Positions 37,524 through 50,600 of a DNA stretch of 64,000 nt are shown here, piece after piece; the stretch's first letter is position 1; each line of letters opens with the position of its first letter. The notes under the pieces are model-generated. The model did not search any database. It was not told where the DNA came from and saw nothing but the letters and a program-made list of their open reading frames with translations. This DNA comes from Podospora anserina. Its lineage: Eukaryota. Position numbers and translations under genes: made by a program. Location: NCBI GenBank assembly GCA_017654855.1, contig CM030335.1, positions 3,534,001-3,598,000 of the forward strand, given 5' to 3'.

Positions 37524-38336
37524 TTAGGCAAACTCCAACTCCACACTCCCAACCGTGCACCTCTCGGCCGCCACCCTCCTCCTCTCCTCCGTCTCCCTGC
37601 CCCCTATTGAGCCCGTCGTGACCACCTCGTCGTCCAGCCTCGGCAGCTCCAGACTCCCCAACCCCTCAATCATCCTCCTGGCCTTGTCCACCACCCCCCT
37701 AATGGCGGCGGTCTCGGCCCTCTTGGTGTCGAGCTGGTCCTGCATGATCTGTATGAGCTGCTCCCGTGCCTGATGGGGCCGGTATTCGTTTAGGGTGTGG
37801 TGGAAGTTGAGGATGAGGGTCTTGAGGTCCTGGATCTTGGCGGCGCCGTGGGCGGGGTTGTGGGACATTACGCCGACGAGTTCGAGGTAGTTTAGGAGGA
37901 TGGACTTTGCGAGCTTTTTGAGTTCGAAGGAGCGGTCGAGGTGTTTGGAGTCTTGGGAGGAGGGGTTGATGGAGGCGGGGAGGAGGGGTGTTACGCCCGC
38001 TTCGGTGAGGGATTGGAGGGTGTCGGTTAGCTGGGGGGATGGGAGTGTTAGTATAGGGAAGGGAAGCCGGGAGGAGGAAATACGGACTGCTTGGGCTTCG
38101 CTATATAACCTCCATTTTCCGTCTGTTGGTTCGGGTGGTGGTTGGAGATTGATGAGGTCTTCTGGGATGGAGGGGAGGCGGGTTATGGAATCTGGGTCGG
38201 GGGTGGAGTGTGCTGTCGCGTAGTCTGATTTAAGGGTGTCGTAGCGGGAGATGTTCTCGGGGGTGAAGTCTTTCCAGAATGGTGGAGGGTCAGGCCAGGT
38301 CGATGTTACGCGGTTTGTATCTTCCTCCTCGGCCAT
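37524..38336 (-). CDS. med7: Mediator subunit 7, in-frame intron about 38031-38087
   Basis: [30 protein letters not shown] and [19 protein letters not shown] signature. Confidence 0.95.
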   Translation of the reverse strand: MAEEEDTNRVTSTWPDPPPFWKDFTPENISRYDTLKSDYATAHSTPDPDSITRLPSIPEDLINLQPPPEPTDGKWRLYSEAQAVRISSSRLPFPILTLPSPQLTDTLQSLTEAGVTPLLPASINPSSQDSKHLDRSFELKKLAKSILLNYLELVGVMSHNPAHGAAKIQDLKTLILNFHHTLNEYRPHQAREQLIQIMQDQLDTKRAETAAIRGVVDKARRMIEGLGSLELPRLDDEVVTTGSIGGRETEERRRVAAERCTVGSVELEFA

Positions 38337-38870
38337 GTTGTCAGGGTGGGTGTCGCACGAGTGGGGATGGAGGTGGTGTTTGCAGAGAGGTTGTAGTGGC
38401 TGAGAGCCTTCTTAGATTGTTCTGGGGCGATAATAAAGCTGGTAGTCACTCGTAGTCAGGCAGTAGTCAACTAGGCGCATTCAACGTTGAAAGATGATGA
38501 TGTTTGGTGAAATGCGCACCTTTGCGACTGGCTGTGGCTGAAGCTTCCCCAGGTTACACCAAGTGGGGATCACTTCGGGAGCTTCCCTGTGGCTGCCCCG
38601 CTGTCAGGTGCCAAGGGTCCGACTTCAGCGCCCCAAGCGCCTTCGAATTTATTCCACTTTAGGGACAGTCGGGTCCATCATCACCCCCAACAACGACTAC
38701 CTAATCCACCAAGTGAATGCCCATTGACGTCTACAATAGACCGCCATTTTCGTCCCCTTTTCGCTGTTTTACTCTACCCAACTAACCCATTGATTGCGAC
38801 ATTTTCCACCACCTCGAGATCCACCACCTTGCGCATCTCACTACTGCGCCTCGACTTGTACATGTTCATC

Positions 38871-39962
38871 ATGACCGATGTTCGCGCTCTACTGAGGCAG
38901 CAACGCGCTGCTCGCCGAATTGAACACCCTCACGCCTCCTATTCCGACTCTGGGAAGCTCTCGTGCGCCATCTGCCTCGAGCCCATCAAGGCTGAATCCC
39001 TCTGGGAAGGTCATCTGCGCAGCGCCGGCCATCGCGAACGAGCCCAAGTGCTGTTCAACACCGACAAGAACAGCAATGGCCCCAGCTATGCCGGCTTCGT
39101 GGACCAAGCCTCTGCTGCCGCCGGCCTATCAACCAACAAGCGCAAGCACAGCGATTCAGACGATGAAATGGGTGACACTTTTGACGAGGACGCCGCGCGA
39201 CGAAAAAAGAGCAGACCTGACGTGGTGACCACCTCGGACGAGAATCAACAGGCTGCGGCCGAGAGAAGCAAACCGTTGACACCACCACTGACCCGACGAA
39301 CATCGGGCACCCCTACCTTTGGAGTTGAGATACAGATGCCCTCTAGACCAGCCACACCTGTCGCAGTCCGGGAGGATAGGGAGAAGAATAGCAGTGGAAG
39401 TGCCGGGACACCAATGTCGATCACGCCAAAACCAGCATCGCAAAACAGGTCACCGCTTATACCGCATGAGCCACAGCAAAAACAACCACTAAAGACATCT
39501 ACGCCAGCGCCGGTGGCGGACGACCTGTGGGCAGAGTTTGAGGCGGACTTGTTGCAGGAGAAAAAGAAGCCTGCTGCTGTTGCTGCTTTGGAGGACGGCG
39601 ATGCTGTCATTTCTGCGCCGGTTATGACCAATGAGGAGATTGCTGCCAAGTCAGAAGAGGAAGAAAGACAAAAGAGAAGGGCGCTGGCGGATATCGAGCT
39701 GGAGGATGAGAAAGAGGAGGCCACTCGGGCGTTGGAGACCGAGTTTGAAGTTATGGAAGAGCTGGAAGCGCGTGCGAGAAAGCTCAGGGAAAGGAGAGAG
39801 GCATTGAGGGTACAAGGAGGCGGGGGAAGTGCTGCTCCTGCTGCTGCTACGGCTAAGGGACCTGCGCTTGGAAAGGAGAATGCTGCCGTGGCGGAAGATG
39901 AAGACGATGAAGATGATGACGAGGATGAGGATGATTGGGATGGGTTCCGATTCCGGGCTTAG
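38871..39962 (+). CDS. ZNF830/CCDC16-like spliceosome-associated zinc-finger protein
   Basis: MTDVRALLRQQR..RIEHPHASY...LSCAIC..LWEGHLRSAGH zinc finger, WAEFEAD, coiled coil and acidic tail ending WDGFRF. Confidence 0.8.
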   Translation: MTDVRALLRQQRAARRIEHPHASYSDSGKLSCAICLEPIKAESLWEGHLRSAGHRERAQVLFNTDKNSNGPSYAGFVDQASAAAGLSTNKRKHSDSDDEMGDTFDEDAARRKKSRPDVVTTSDENQQAAAERSKPLTPPLTRRTSGTPTFGVEIQMPSRPATPVAVREDREKNSSGSAGTPMSITPKPASQNRSPLIPHEPQQKQPLKTSTPAPVADDLWAEFEADLLQEKKKPAAVAALEDGDAVISAPVMTNEEIAAKSEEEERQKRRALADIELEDEKEEATRALETEFEVMEELEARARKLRERREALRVQGGGGSAAPAAATAKGPALGKENAAVAEDEDDEDDDEDEDDWDGFRFRA

Positions 39963-40328
39963 AGAGCCAGCCTTCGAGATGTTCAATGTACATTGTAGTG
40001 TATCTATCACCCGGTACGTCAAAACAGAGACGACAGCAGTTACCTAATGTCAAAAAGCAGCACAAACAAACCAAACAAACCTCTGTGCTATGTTGCCTTG
40101 ATGAGAGAAAACCGGAACAAACAATGTCAGCAGAAAACAGAACGCCAGAAAACCCACCACGAAGTACAAACCATATCCCAATCCGCAATGTCCAAGAGGT
40201 ATACAAGCCCAAATCCCAGTCGGTTCAGTGTCAGCAAGCAAACAAACCGATTCCAAGCCCTTCCCCCCCTTTTCCAACCAACCAACGCACGCAAACAAAG
40301 TAAAGAAGATATCAGCCTCTTACCTCAC

Positions 40329-41607
40329 TCACCCCTGCTCCTTACTAACCCCCTCCCAAAACCTCCTCAACCTCCAAACCCTCCCCACCCCACTCCTCTC
40401 CTCCCACTTTTTGACACCCTCCTCCTTTTCCCTCACCTTGCCCCCCCAAACAGTCCCCACAAACCCCCTCAGCCTATCCTTCACCCTCTCCCTCTCCACC
40501 GCCCTCTTCCTCGCGACCAACGCGGGGGCAACGGCGGCCTTCTTACCGGGTAGGCACTCGGCCGGCAGGACGCACCGCTCCACCAGCACTTCTGGAGGCG
40601 GCCGGGCGGCGAGCTGGCGGGAGAGGCGGATGGAGACAAAGGAGCGGGCGAGGCGGCGGGAGACGATGGTGGTGTTGGTGAGGAAGATGGAGCGGCGGAT
40701 GAGGTCGGTCAGGGTCGGGCGGGAGGGCGAGGCGAGCTGGGTCGGGAGGGTGGTGCGGGCGCGGCGGAGGCGGAGGCGGTGGAGGTGGGGTGAGAGGGAG
40801 AGGGTGCGGAGGTGGTGGGAGGTCTGTGAAAAGGGGGGACGGGGTTAGTAAAGTTGCGGTTGAGATGGGGCCCAGGGAGGTGGGAATGTGGGAATGTGTT
40901 ATTGTGGTAAAAGGGGTAATGTGGGAATGTGGTAAATGGATGATTGGTGCAGATTGGGAGAAACTTTGACAGGAAGGAACGGTGATTGGAAGGAGCGGCA
41001 GACAGTTGTGGGAAGGAGCGGCAGGGAAAGAGCTGTGAGGGAAAGAGCTGTGGGGGGGGGAGAATCATGGCGGAAGGAGCTATGAAGGGAAGGAGCCACG
41101 AGGGAAAGCACACCAGGGAAGGAAGGAGCTAGGTGTACGGGGAAGGAGCAATGGGCGATAAGGGGCGGATAGCCACAACAACAGATGGTGAAGAAAGGGG
41201 TTTCAACCCACCCTGGAGGTTGCCAACAAGTCACAGACTTCGAGATAACTCAGGATATGGAGGAGCACCTCGTTTGGCAGCTGCGAGAATTCAACCATGG
41301 GACAGCAAGAAGAGGTATCATCATCCACCTGTCCATCCGGCAAGAAGCCGTTGCTCCCCATATTGCCATGGCCAAGGTGCGTCACGGAAGGATTGCCGTC
41401 TTTGGTTCCAGACCCCAATTCCTCGCTTCTAGGCGTCGATAGTGTCAATTGACTTGTCTTCTCGGCAAGCTGGCTGGTGGCAACAACAACAAAAGGGTCT
41501 AGACCACCCCCTTCACTCTGCGTATCCGGCTTCAGATAGTGATGGTGCTCGGGGAGCATGCCATCATGTGCGCCTCTCCCTAGGACATTTGCTGGCAATG
41601 ACGCCAT
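40329..41607 (-). CDS. F-box protein with two RPEL-like repeats, 388-nt intron 40824-41211
   Basis: F-box FSQLPNEVLLHILSYLEVCDLLATSR|TSHHLR across the splice, then RPTLTDLIRRSIF and RPPPEVLVERCVL. Confidence 0.8.
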
Positions 41608-44600
41608 GGTGCCTTTTCCTCCTTTCTCAAAGCGGCGAGGTGCGTTGACGGTTCCCTTGGAACTTGATGATCTGGCGCTGGTGTGTTGTGTTGTGTTGTA
41701 TCGTGTCGTGTCGTGTCCGGTATAGCAGTTGATGGACTCCTATATCTCCCAGTCGCCTATCGCGGATGTCTCTTCTGATTTTGCCGTACCATAGGCGCAA
41801 AGAGGGGGTCGCAAAAGCCAGGCAGCGCAGCAACAAGGCTCGATGGCCGTTCCCCTCCCTGAGCTGTGCGGCTAAACAAGATCGCGTCAAGCAAAAAGCG
41901 CGCGGGCTGCCCGGATAGGTCGGTGCCGATGCGACCAGCAAAAGAGAGCGGGCTCCTTCTGCTGCTGTGCTCAGTCGGCGGTCCAAGGGACGCGGGATCA
42001 CGAACCCTGGAGGGGGTGAGGAGGAAGAAAGAAACCGCCACTCGGTGTCGGATGCGTGCCAGAAGCGGTAGCTAGGCGAGTTCAGTCAGTGTCGTCAAGT
42101 CGTGGCAAAGTTGAGCGAAAGCGAGGATGTCGTTGAAGTCGAGATTCCCAAGTTGTTGGGCTGTGACATGAGACGTGCGTCGTCACACTTGACACAGGCT
42201 GGTCATCTGTTGTTGGCATCCCGTTACGCAAAGGGGACGCAAGGGCGAGGCACGAGGCACGGACGTTGGACAATGCAGGGGTTGTCTTTCGATGTACAGT
42301 AAGGTACATCGTCTTCTTTGTACACATCATCAGAGCCAGTCCTCATCAGGCATCTCGTGGCCATCACAGGTCATTCAAGGCCATTCAAGGCCATTAAAGG
42401 CCATCTTAAGCCCTCTCGGCCTGCTCATGAGCGCTTTTCCGCCGTTGCCCTGCCCATGACTTTAGAGTCTGAAAGTCTAGAGAGTCGGAACATGATGCCA
42501 TGTTGGGCCTTCCAGGGCGCTACGGCGCGGGGCATTGGCGGCTATCGATAAGCGATAAGAGCTAAGGTATCTAAGACATGGCGGGGTCGCAGTAGCAGTA
42601 GTAACAGCAGCAACAGTCAATGTCAACAGATGCTTCCGGGTTGCCCCTCATCTTTACACTCGGTAACTCGATTCAATCTCAAAATTTCTTCTTCAGCAGA
42701 TTCTCTCCACGGCCCCGGATCCTCGATGATCGCGGATGCAACGTTGCGGCGGTGGGCATCCGGTCTACTGATCTTGGGATGATGTGCCTGAGCTCTCCTG
42801 CGTCTTCCACATACGCCAGCGCAGGGGAAAGCCACCGGACGTCTGGAGGTGCATTCCTACAGGGTCAGGGGTATCTTGCCCACGTCGACACGACACTGCA
42901 ATGCGAGCCCAGCCTGGCATACTTGGACTGAGCTCCACCACCTCATGTCTGTTGTCTTTGCCCTGCAAGCGCCTTGCTTCTCGGGTCCAGGTCCGTCACA
43001 TCTCACATTTTCGTTCTGATGAAAGAGGGAGCTAACGCTGATATCTAGCTCATCCTAAGGGGGGATAAGAAAACAACAACAATAACAACAGCTTCACTCC
43101 ATCATCTCGGCCAGATCGCGGCCAGTGACGTGTAAAGTGCGCGGGGTTGGCCTCCCAGTCTGCGGCCACGGGCTGCTTATCACTTTCCATTGTTGCCTTT
43201 TCAGGAACGCGAATTATGACTCCGCAGACCCGGCCGGCATCAAGAGGGGAGAGAGAGCTTGATCGGCTGATGTCACTGCCAGCACTCATCCCATCCTCTG
43301 TCTTGGACCCTCAGTAACCCTCTCAAGGTCAAAGTTCGAACATCACTCTCAAGTCTTGACCAAATGCTCGGTCGTCTATCAACGGGGAAAGGATGCGGCC
43401 CGCTTTTCGGTTTCTCCAAACCCGCCAACCCCAAACCCCAGTTAGCCCCCAAATAGGGCCAGCCAATGGGATGCCACGACTTATCTCAATGAGGCTGTTC
43501 CAAAACAAAGTCTCTCCGTCACCCGTTGCTCCCGAGAAGTGACCCGCCGGATCCCTGTCGATGGATTTTACTCGATCGCTTCAGGCCGCTTTAGTGGGAG
43601 TTTACCATGTAAAAACCACACACAAACCTACAACCTCATATATCGTTTACCCGTAGTATCGTTTGGAGGACGCTTCTGCAACACCAGTTTGACACACGAT
43701 TCGCGAGGACGAGGCCAGGGCCATGCAGAACACCACACATATATGCCACGCTTGCAGTCTGCTTCTACCTACATGATGAGCCGAGGTCATCTTGATAGCT
43801 CCTGGTCAACTTCTGTTCTTCTGTCGGAGCAAGGAACATCCACGCCGGCGGGGACCGGGGACGGCCCGCTCCCGGCTCAGCCCAAGCGATGACCGTCCGG
43901 CCTTAGAAATGTCTGCGCTGTAAAGAGCCCAGGTGTCTTGAATGTCTTGATGAGAAGTGATGGTAAATCATTGCAGATCTCTTTGCTCTCAACCGCTTGG
44001 AAAGTTCAGGGCCAGCCAGTCTTTGTCTCTCGCAAGCATTCCAACCTGATCGCCGAACCCCTGTCTCTCACCCTGGCGTTCCCCATCTCGGCCTGCCTGG
44101 CCGGCCCCAAGAGGACCACATAGCAGCTTTGATTCATCATGACGCCGGCCTTCACTTTAGCTCTCCGAATTTCAAACCCATTCTGGTTGACGCTCGGCGT
44201 AACGGCACCGGATCATCATCCAGCTTGCTTCACTGTCGAGCGGGGAGGCGGGTGTCAGCCAACCTGTTGTTGACTTGCTGTTGTTCAGTGCTGTCGGTAT
44301 ATTAAACTAGACGATCCAAGCTTCACCCACACTGTCTCTCAATGCGATCCCATCTTTCTTTGCAGGCCACGGCAGCAAGGCACGGGCGGCTGGTCCGGAA
44401 GGAGACCCGGATATTGTAATGTATATCCCTGGAGTGCGACGCCATCAGCAGTCTGCACTGCCCTGTGATGATCCTGCTTGATCACTCCACTGGAAGCAAG
44501 GTGAAGTGTAAGTCACCGCCCCCATCATGGAGACGGCCGGTCCTGGCGGCCACCCTCAGGAGCCTAATCACCAAATTCCGTCCCGTTCCGCCCAGGGTCG

Positions 44601-47343
44601 ACAAAGTGCCATCAGCCTGAAGGATCTCAAGGCCTCCCACCAGGACATGTTTCCTGTATCCGGGGCCCTTTTCCATCTCGGCCTCGTATCTGGCAGTTTC
44701 GTTTTGATCTCCTGCTGATCGTGTCCCATCTTCCTTCCCGTCTGGTCGTCGTGCAGAACCGACTGGAGGAGCCGAGCGGCCGCCTTGCGTCATGTCACTT
44801 TGCCGTCGTCTTGTTTTTCCATCAGGAGCTTCCTCGGTCATCCGGATCACATCACGAGCAAGAGGCTAGTATGAACCTTGCAAGCGACATATAGTTCGGC
44901 GAGTATTTCAGAACCTTCGCCTCGTACCGCACCTGCTATGTGATAAGGCTAGATCAAAGCAAAAACAAAAAATACAACGCAGATCGTGATGGTTGGCTAT
45001 TCAGGACTCGCCACGTCGCTTTGAGAAGCCTCCAACCACTCCACACATTCGAGTAGGCCGCGTCTGGAACAGTATTCTGCTGATATTTGTCATGGGGACT
45101 CAACAGCGTGGACTCGGCCCGGCAGTGGGTCGTCACCTCTTGGGAATGAGACTCTAGTTCATGTGAGGACATTGTCATGCGAGACTTCACTCAGGGGTAG
45201 CCATCGAGAGAGCGGAGTTTCGGTCACAGCCTCCGAGTCTACGTATAGCTGGGACTGGCAAGAGCGCACGGAAGGCTCCATCAGAGACGGCTATCTCTCG
45301 GAGCTACATGATTGTTGCAGATGTGATTTAGGCCACAGATCACACGATCTTGTCCCCCAGGGTTTCATTCAGGCCTTAACCCCGGCACAATTCTTTGGCT
45401 CGGCACTTAATCCTCGTGGTGGGAGAGCCTGCTTGCTCTGGCAGTACTGTGACTGAAGTCAAATGCAAGCTGAACGGCGCCGTCAGCACTCTCACCACCA
45501 CAATGCTCTGTTCCGAGCCGTCGGGCTTGATGGGTGAGACCATCAGGAAAGCCGGAATCCAATCAGCTTCCGGAATGGATGCAAGAGCTCTCGACAGGGG
45601 GTGTCCTCAAACACTGGTTCAAGTCCACCGTTTTGCTGTCTCAGCCACGGCATACGAACTGTGGCTTCACCCAATATATCGTGTGAGTATCTTTGAGAAC
45701 ACGTCCATGCCGAGGAAGAAATCTATCTGCAACATACTGGATATCAAGCGGCCCGACAATGGTTCTCTTGACACACCCCTCTCCTCATGAGCGAGAAGTT
45801 TCCGCACGCACACCCCCTGCCAGGTACGGAATATGATGACGCTGATAGAGGGAGGCTAAAAGACTTGTTGTTTCTGTTTTGGCGGTGGTCCCGGCCCTGG
45901 GCCATGGCCGTGGCCACTTCGACCCAGCCTAGCCCGACAATGGCTGCTAGGTGGGCCGATCCGGAAGGGGCCTGGACGGCGTCCGCAAGTTCACACGGGA
46001 AGATCCTCTTCTCGGCACACACACCATAGCGACCCAAGAACCGGCGCTAGTGATGCTGTTGTAAGTGCCAGAGACAAGAGGACAACACCTCTAGGGCCTC
46101 ACAGGGGTCGTCGTGGACATTGGGTTCTGATCCCCCCCTGCTGCCAGGTCGCAAGACAATGAACCATCACTCGCAGGGGTTGGCCGTGCGTTATGCAGGG
46201 AGTACCGAGCGGAAGCTCTGTTGGAAAGGTGGAAAAGAAAAGAAAAAGAAGGAGGAAAAAATGGCCAGCGAGGCTGGGTATGTGGTGAAGCAACCAGAGA
46301 ATGGCCAACCGGTCTCGGGCCAATACAAGAGTACAAGAACGCCAAGGGGCTGGCTTTTGGCCACCACGGCTTGCTCATGTCAAATTGTGAGTTCATGGCG
46401 CGGTGGGGAATCCATGGTGCTCAACCGTGGTTATTGAGCCATGAACAACGTGGCTCCTATGAAGGCCAGTCCGGCCACAGAGGGACCTGCGCGGGCCAGG
46501 AAACGGGCTAATTTGCCGGCAAGGGTACCACCACACACCCCCAGGGCAGACAGAGGGACACTCTCCCTTGATAGCTCAACGTGTGATCGCAAACGTGACT
46601 TGACGACGCGGGGGGATGGCAGACGGGGAGCCGGGGGCAACAACATGTACCAGGACAGTCCCCAGGAGATGAGATGGACGAAAAAGGACTCCATCGCCCT
46701 TACCACGCTCCATCAAGGAACCCCCGGGTACCTAACACCGCTTGATGCATGGCCTACTGTTGTGTAGTCGACGACAAGGGTCCTGCCACCATGGGAAAGG
46801 GTAACAGAAGAAGGAGATGATGGCTCTCACAAGTATAAGTAAGGTGCCGATATCCTTCACCGTCTCTACCTGAAGGGCGCTTTTCTCTTTCTCCAACTTT
46901 CAGGATATACCGTCAACAAGAACCCCATACATCGACATCTTGGTCAGCCTGCTACCCAGAACTCCAACAACATCATCATTGGCTCCTCGACAAAGGAAAA
47001 GAGTGGACGAGCTTTACAAGCATCTGCCTGCCCACAGCAGCCGGCCTCGACCATCAAGTCAGTAAGTGCATCCAGTCTTGCTCTCGGCCGCCCCCTTTTC
47101 TCAAAAACAGTAAGGACACCATGAACGATGTTGTGGGACCCAAGCCCTGCAGGTCGCTCCGGATGCTGCTGAGTGAGAAGGTTAAACGGTGGATATCTGT
47201 CGCTGACATGAAGCCCTGTCTGAATACAGTCTTCTGCCGTCTGGCCCAGCACACCAATCACAACACTGCCTCGGCCCACACGACAGACACACTGTCGTCG
47301 AGACCCTTACCGCACTGCCTACCTTACCCCTTTGCCCAACAAG

Positions 47344-47673
47344 ATGTGCTACTTTGAACAAACCCGCTGGAACTGTGGCTACTGGAAGTGGGGTACCTTC
47401 CGCCAGCAATGCGAGAAGGAGTACCGCACCGGCGAGACGTGCGGACTGAAGCTCGTCTACAGCTGGCAGCCCGCCCAGGGCCCGTGCAAGATTTGTGAGC
47501 AAAAGTGCAAGAAGGAGAGGAGGATCGACAAGATGTTGAACGACATCCAGAGGTGGCAGCGCGAAGGCAACAGGAGGGCCACCATCGAGAAGACGATGCG
47601 GGATGTGAACGACATCCAACTCCAGATCAACGAACTGCTCGCAAACCATGTGGAGAGGGAGAGGACGTTGTGA
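47344..47673 (+). CDS. Small (109 aa) Cys-rich protein with C-terminal coiled coil, function unknown
   Basis: ATG in CAAGATG context, C/G-ending codon bias, Cys pattern C..CG..C..GETCG..CKIC resembling an uncharacterised filamentous-ascomycete family. No signal peptide. Confidence 0.85.
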   Translation: MCYFEQTRWNCGYWKWGTFRQQCEKEYRTGETCGLKLVYSWQPAQGPCKICEQKCKKERRIDKMLNDIQRWQREGNRRATIEKTMRDVNDIQLQINELLANHVERERTL

Positions 47674-50600
47674 TATGACGATTGGGAGGAGGAACAAAGG
47701 AAGAAAAAAGGTTTGTGTCCTACCCTACCTTCTTCCTATGCTCATCTACCTTACCTTACCAAGATGGAGGAAGGAAACGAGACGAGGCGAGGAGGGTGAG
47801 CGCGAGCAGGAAACAGAATGCTGACAGCATATGCAGACGGGTCGTCCAATTTCGTTGGTTGCTTTTATCGAGACGAAAAGAGAAACATGAGAGGCAAAAA
47901 CCATGTGCGTTTTGTGTGTTGTAGAAGGAGGGAAGAAGAAGGGCTGGCGGCGGACGGGTAGGCGGGTCAAGACAAAAAGAAATTTCCTGGGCTGAGGAAC
48001 ATCTCATTTTTGTTTACTTTTTTTTTTCGTCATTTCTTTTTCTTTTTATTCTTACCGATTTTCTTTTACTTTCTTTTTCTTACTGCATGAAGGGTTCTTT
48101 TTTTTTTTTTTTTTTTAGAGAGAAACGCTGTGGAGTCGGGGGGGAAATGGGGAACACGGAACAGCCCCCCATCAAGCCACAGATGCAAGCCCTTCCGGAG
48201 GCGCGAATCCCACAGCGTCGGCAAGGAACAACATCAGGCAGCACAGGGTAGAGGAGAAGGAGGGGGAGACAAGAACCAAGAGGGAAAAAACGACCACCAG
48301 ACAGAGTTGTGGGTGCGGGAATAGATGCATATCGGATACCGCCGGAGCCTGGCCATGACTGGTGGGACCGGAACCGATGATGGGAGGAGGAAATATTGGG
48401 CGAGAAGACTTGCCCTCTGCTGCCGTTTGTACATTTTTACTTGTTCACTTCTGTCTTTGTCACGTTTTCTCTTGTTAGGTACGGTTCGTCATCTTGTTGG
48501 AATATTGGCTCTTTGAAAACCAGGGCACTGGTCACCACTGGGTGACAGAGCATGCGCCAGCTTTTGTTGTTCTTTTTTTTTTCTCATCCTTCAGGCAGGG
48601 GAGTTTCAAGTTTTTTACGTCCGGCTTGGGTTTCACGACACACAATGGGACGTCCTGTGATTATTGGTCAAACTTGGGGAGGGAGGGGGAGCGGAAGGCT
48701 TGGAGAGTTATGTGGTGGTGGGAACTACCACATGGCTGGCAGGCCGAGAATCGGCATGGACGGCTCTTTCATTGTTAAATGTTAAAAGATGTCACAGAGA
48801 AGCAAGACGAAAAAGCGCTTTACGTATAACAGTAACGAAATATCACTTATTTTGTGTTTCTTTTCAGCCCCCCTTCCCTCTGGCACACTTGAAGATGACC
48901 CTGAGCATGGCAGGTGTAAGAGGGAAAGGGAGGGGAAGGAGGGGGGGGGGGACAACTACCGGATCCGCAACCCTTTCTTCAGTGTGCAAGATCTTCTGGT
49001 AAAGACCCGTTTACTCCTCTCTCTCACGCACCACACACACACACACACAGAGGTTGTGTGTGTGGGTGGGTGGAGAAGGGGGCCACAGAACCAGTGGGAT
49101 CACTCCCCGTTTTTGCTCTCCCACCCACTCACCCCTCGCTAGGAGGAGAGAAAGTTTAGCACACACAGGTACTATACATCACATTACATTTTGCTCAGGC
49201 AGGCAAAAGGCAAGGGACGAGGGCGGGGCGGGGGAGGGGATGAGGGGGAAAGGGGGAGACTAGCATCGGCAGCCATCGGCAGTCTCGAAACAGATCACAC
49301 ACCCGTCAAGGTTTTTTTTTTCTGCTTCTTCTCTCACTCTTTACACCCACACCCCCCCTCTCCATCTAGGGCGGGGTCAAGATGAGATGTCAGATGCCGT
49401 AGCGAGGTGGAAGGGGTGGAGACTGTGTGGGTGACTGAGTTGACGCGGGGGGGGAGTGGACCTGTGGGAAAGGAAAATGTTCTGGAAGAAATCTAGCCCC
49501 TGGTCACGTAGGTAGTAGGTACTCTTGTAGCCGGGTGCGAAATATGGCAGGTGGACCTGGCGAGAACAAGAAGAATTTGAAGAATTGGGGAGGGGATGAA
49601 TAAGAGGCACATCTGCCGTTTCTCTTCTCCTCTCAACGGCAAGGTGAGGGGATCTAGATCTGGTGGCAGAGGACGGGGAAAGAACAGCTGCTTGTTTCAC
49701 GGTGAGAAAACGGCCTGCTGGTGGGAGTTCTCGTCGTGGTGCCGAAAAGGGACGGCTCGGATAGGGGACGAATACTCGTTTTTATTTGCTTTTTCTCGGA
49801 CAATTTTCTGGTGGTGGCGGCGGCGGTGGTGGAAGGTGTGTGTAATTTGCTTTTTCTCTTTTTCTTTTTACCTCTTTTCCTGCGAGCAACGGCCAACACA
49901 CCCATTTGCCGTTCCGAAACAGCCTGGGAATTCTGGAAAGCAGAACCTGGGGAAGATGTGATGTGATGATGGATAACGGTGGTGAACATCGGGCTTGGGC
50001 ATCAGGAATCGACAAGATGGAATGGTTGGGCGTGGCATGGCATGGCAGGTTTGAGACATCTTTGAACGTGGAACGGCACGCGCGGTTTAGTTCGGTAGGC
50101 ACGTGGTAGGCTAGGTAGCTGAGAGCGAGAGATCGAGAGATCGAGAGATCAAGAGAGAGAGAGTGAGTGAGAGAGAACCGATGTGACGTGCTTTTCTCCT
50201 TCCCATACTTGCTTCCTGTGGGCTGAGGGCGTCTTGTTTCTTGTCCCTCTCGCTTCCGCTGCCCTCTTCTCCAATCGTTGCAACGGACCCTGGCCCCCCT
50301 TTTGCCCCGATAGCCATCTGCAGTTCTTGCAGAGGCGGCCCAATGAGTCGGCCATGCCACACCGTAAACACATGCCAGCCATGACCCCACTGCCATGCTT
50401 TTTCCTCGCTGGTTGTCCCTCTCGTCTTCCATGACATGACGACCGAATCACGCACAGACTCCCGCTTTTGGGGCGGGCGGTCGGAGTCGGGGTCGTGATG
50501 GTGGTGCTTATCATGCATACTCTTTCGTTTTCGATGTTGCGTTGTCGTCAGGGATCTGCCCTCTGTTGAACGTGTTGGATGCTTCCCATCCCCAGCAGGT

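Noticed and set aside
47062..47229. TPP riboswitch in the leader intron
   Set aside because: The conserved CTGAGA and CTTGAT..GGATAAT..CAGCG core elements are not found.
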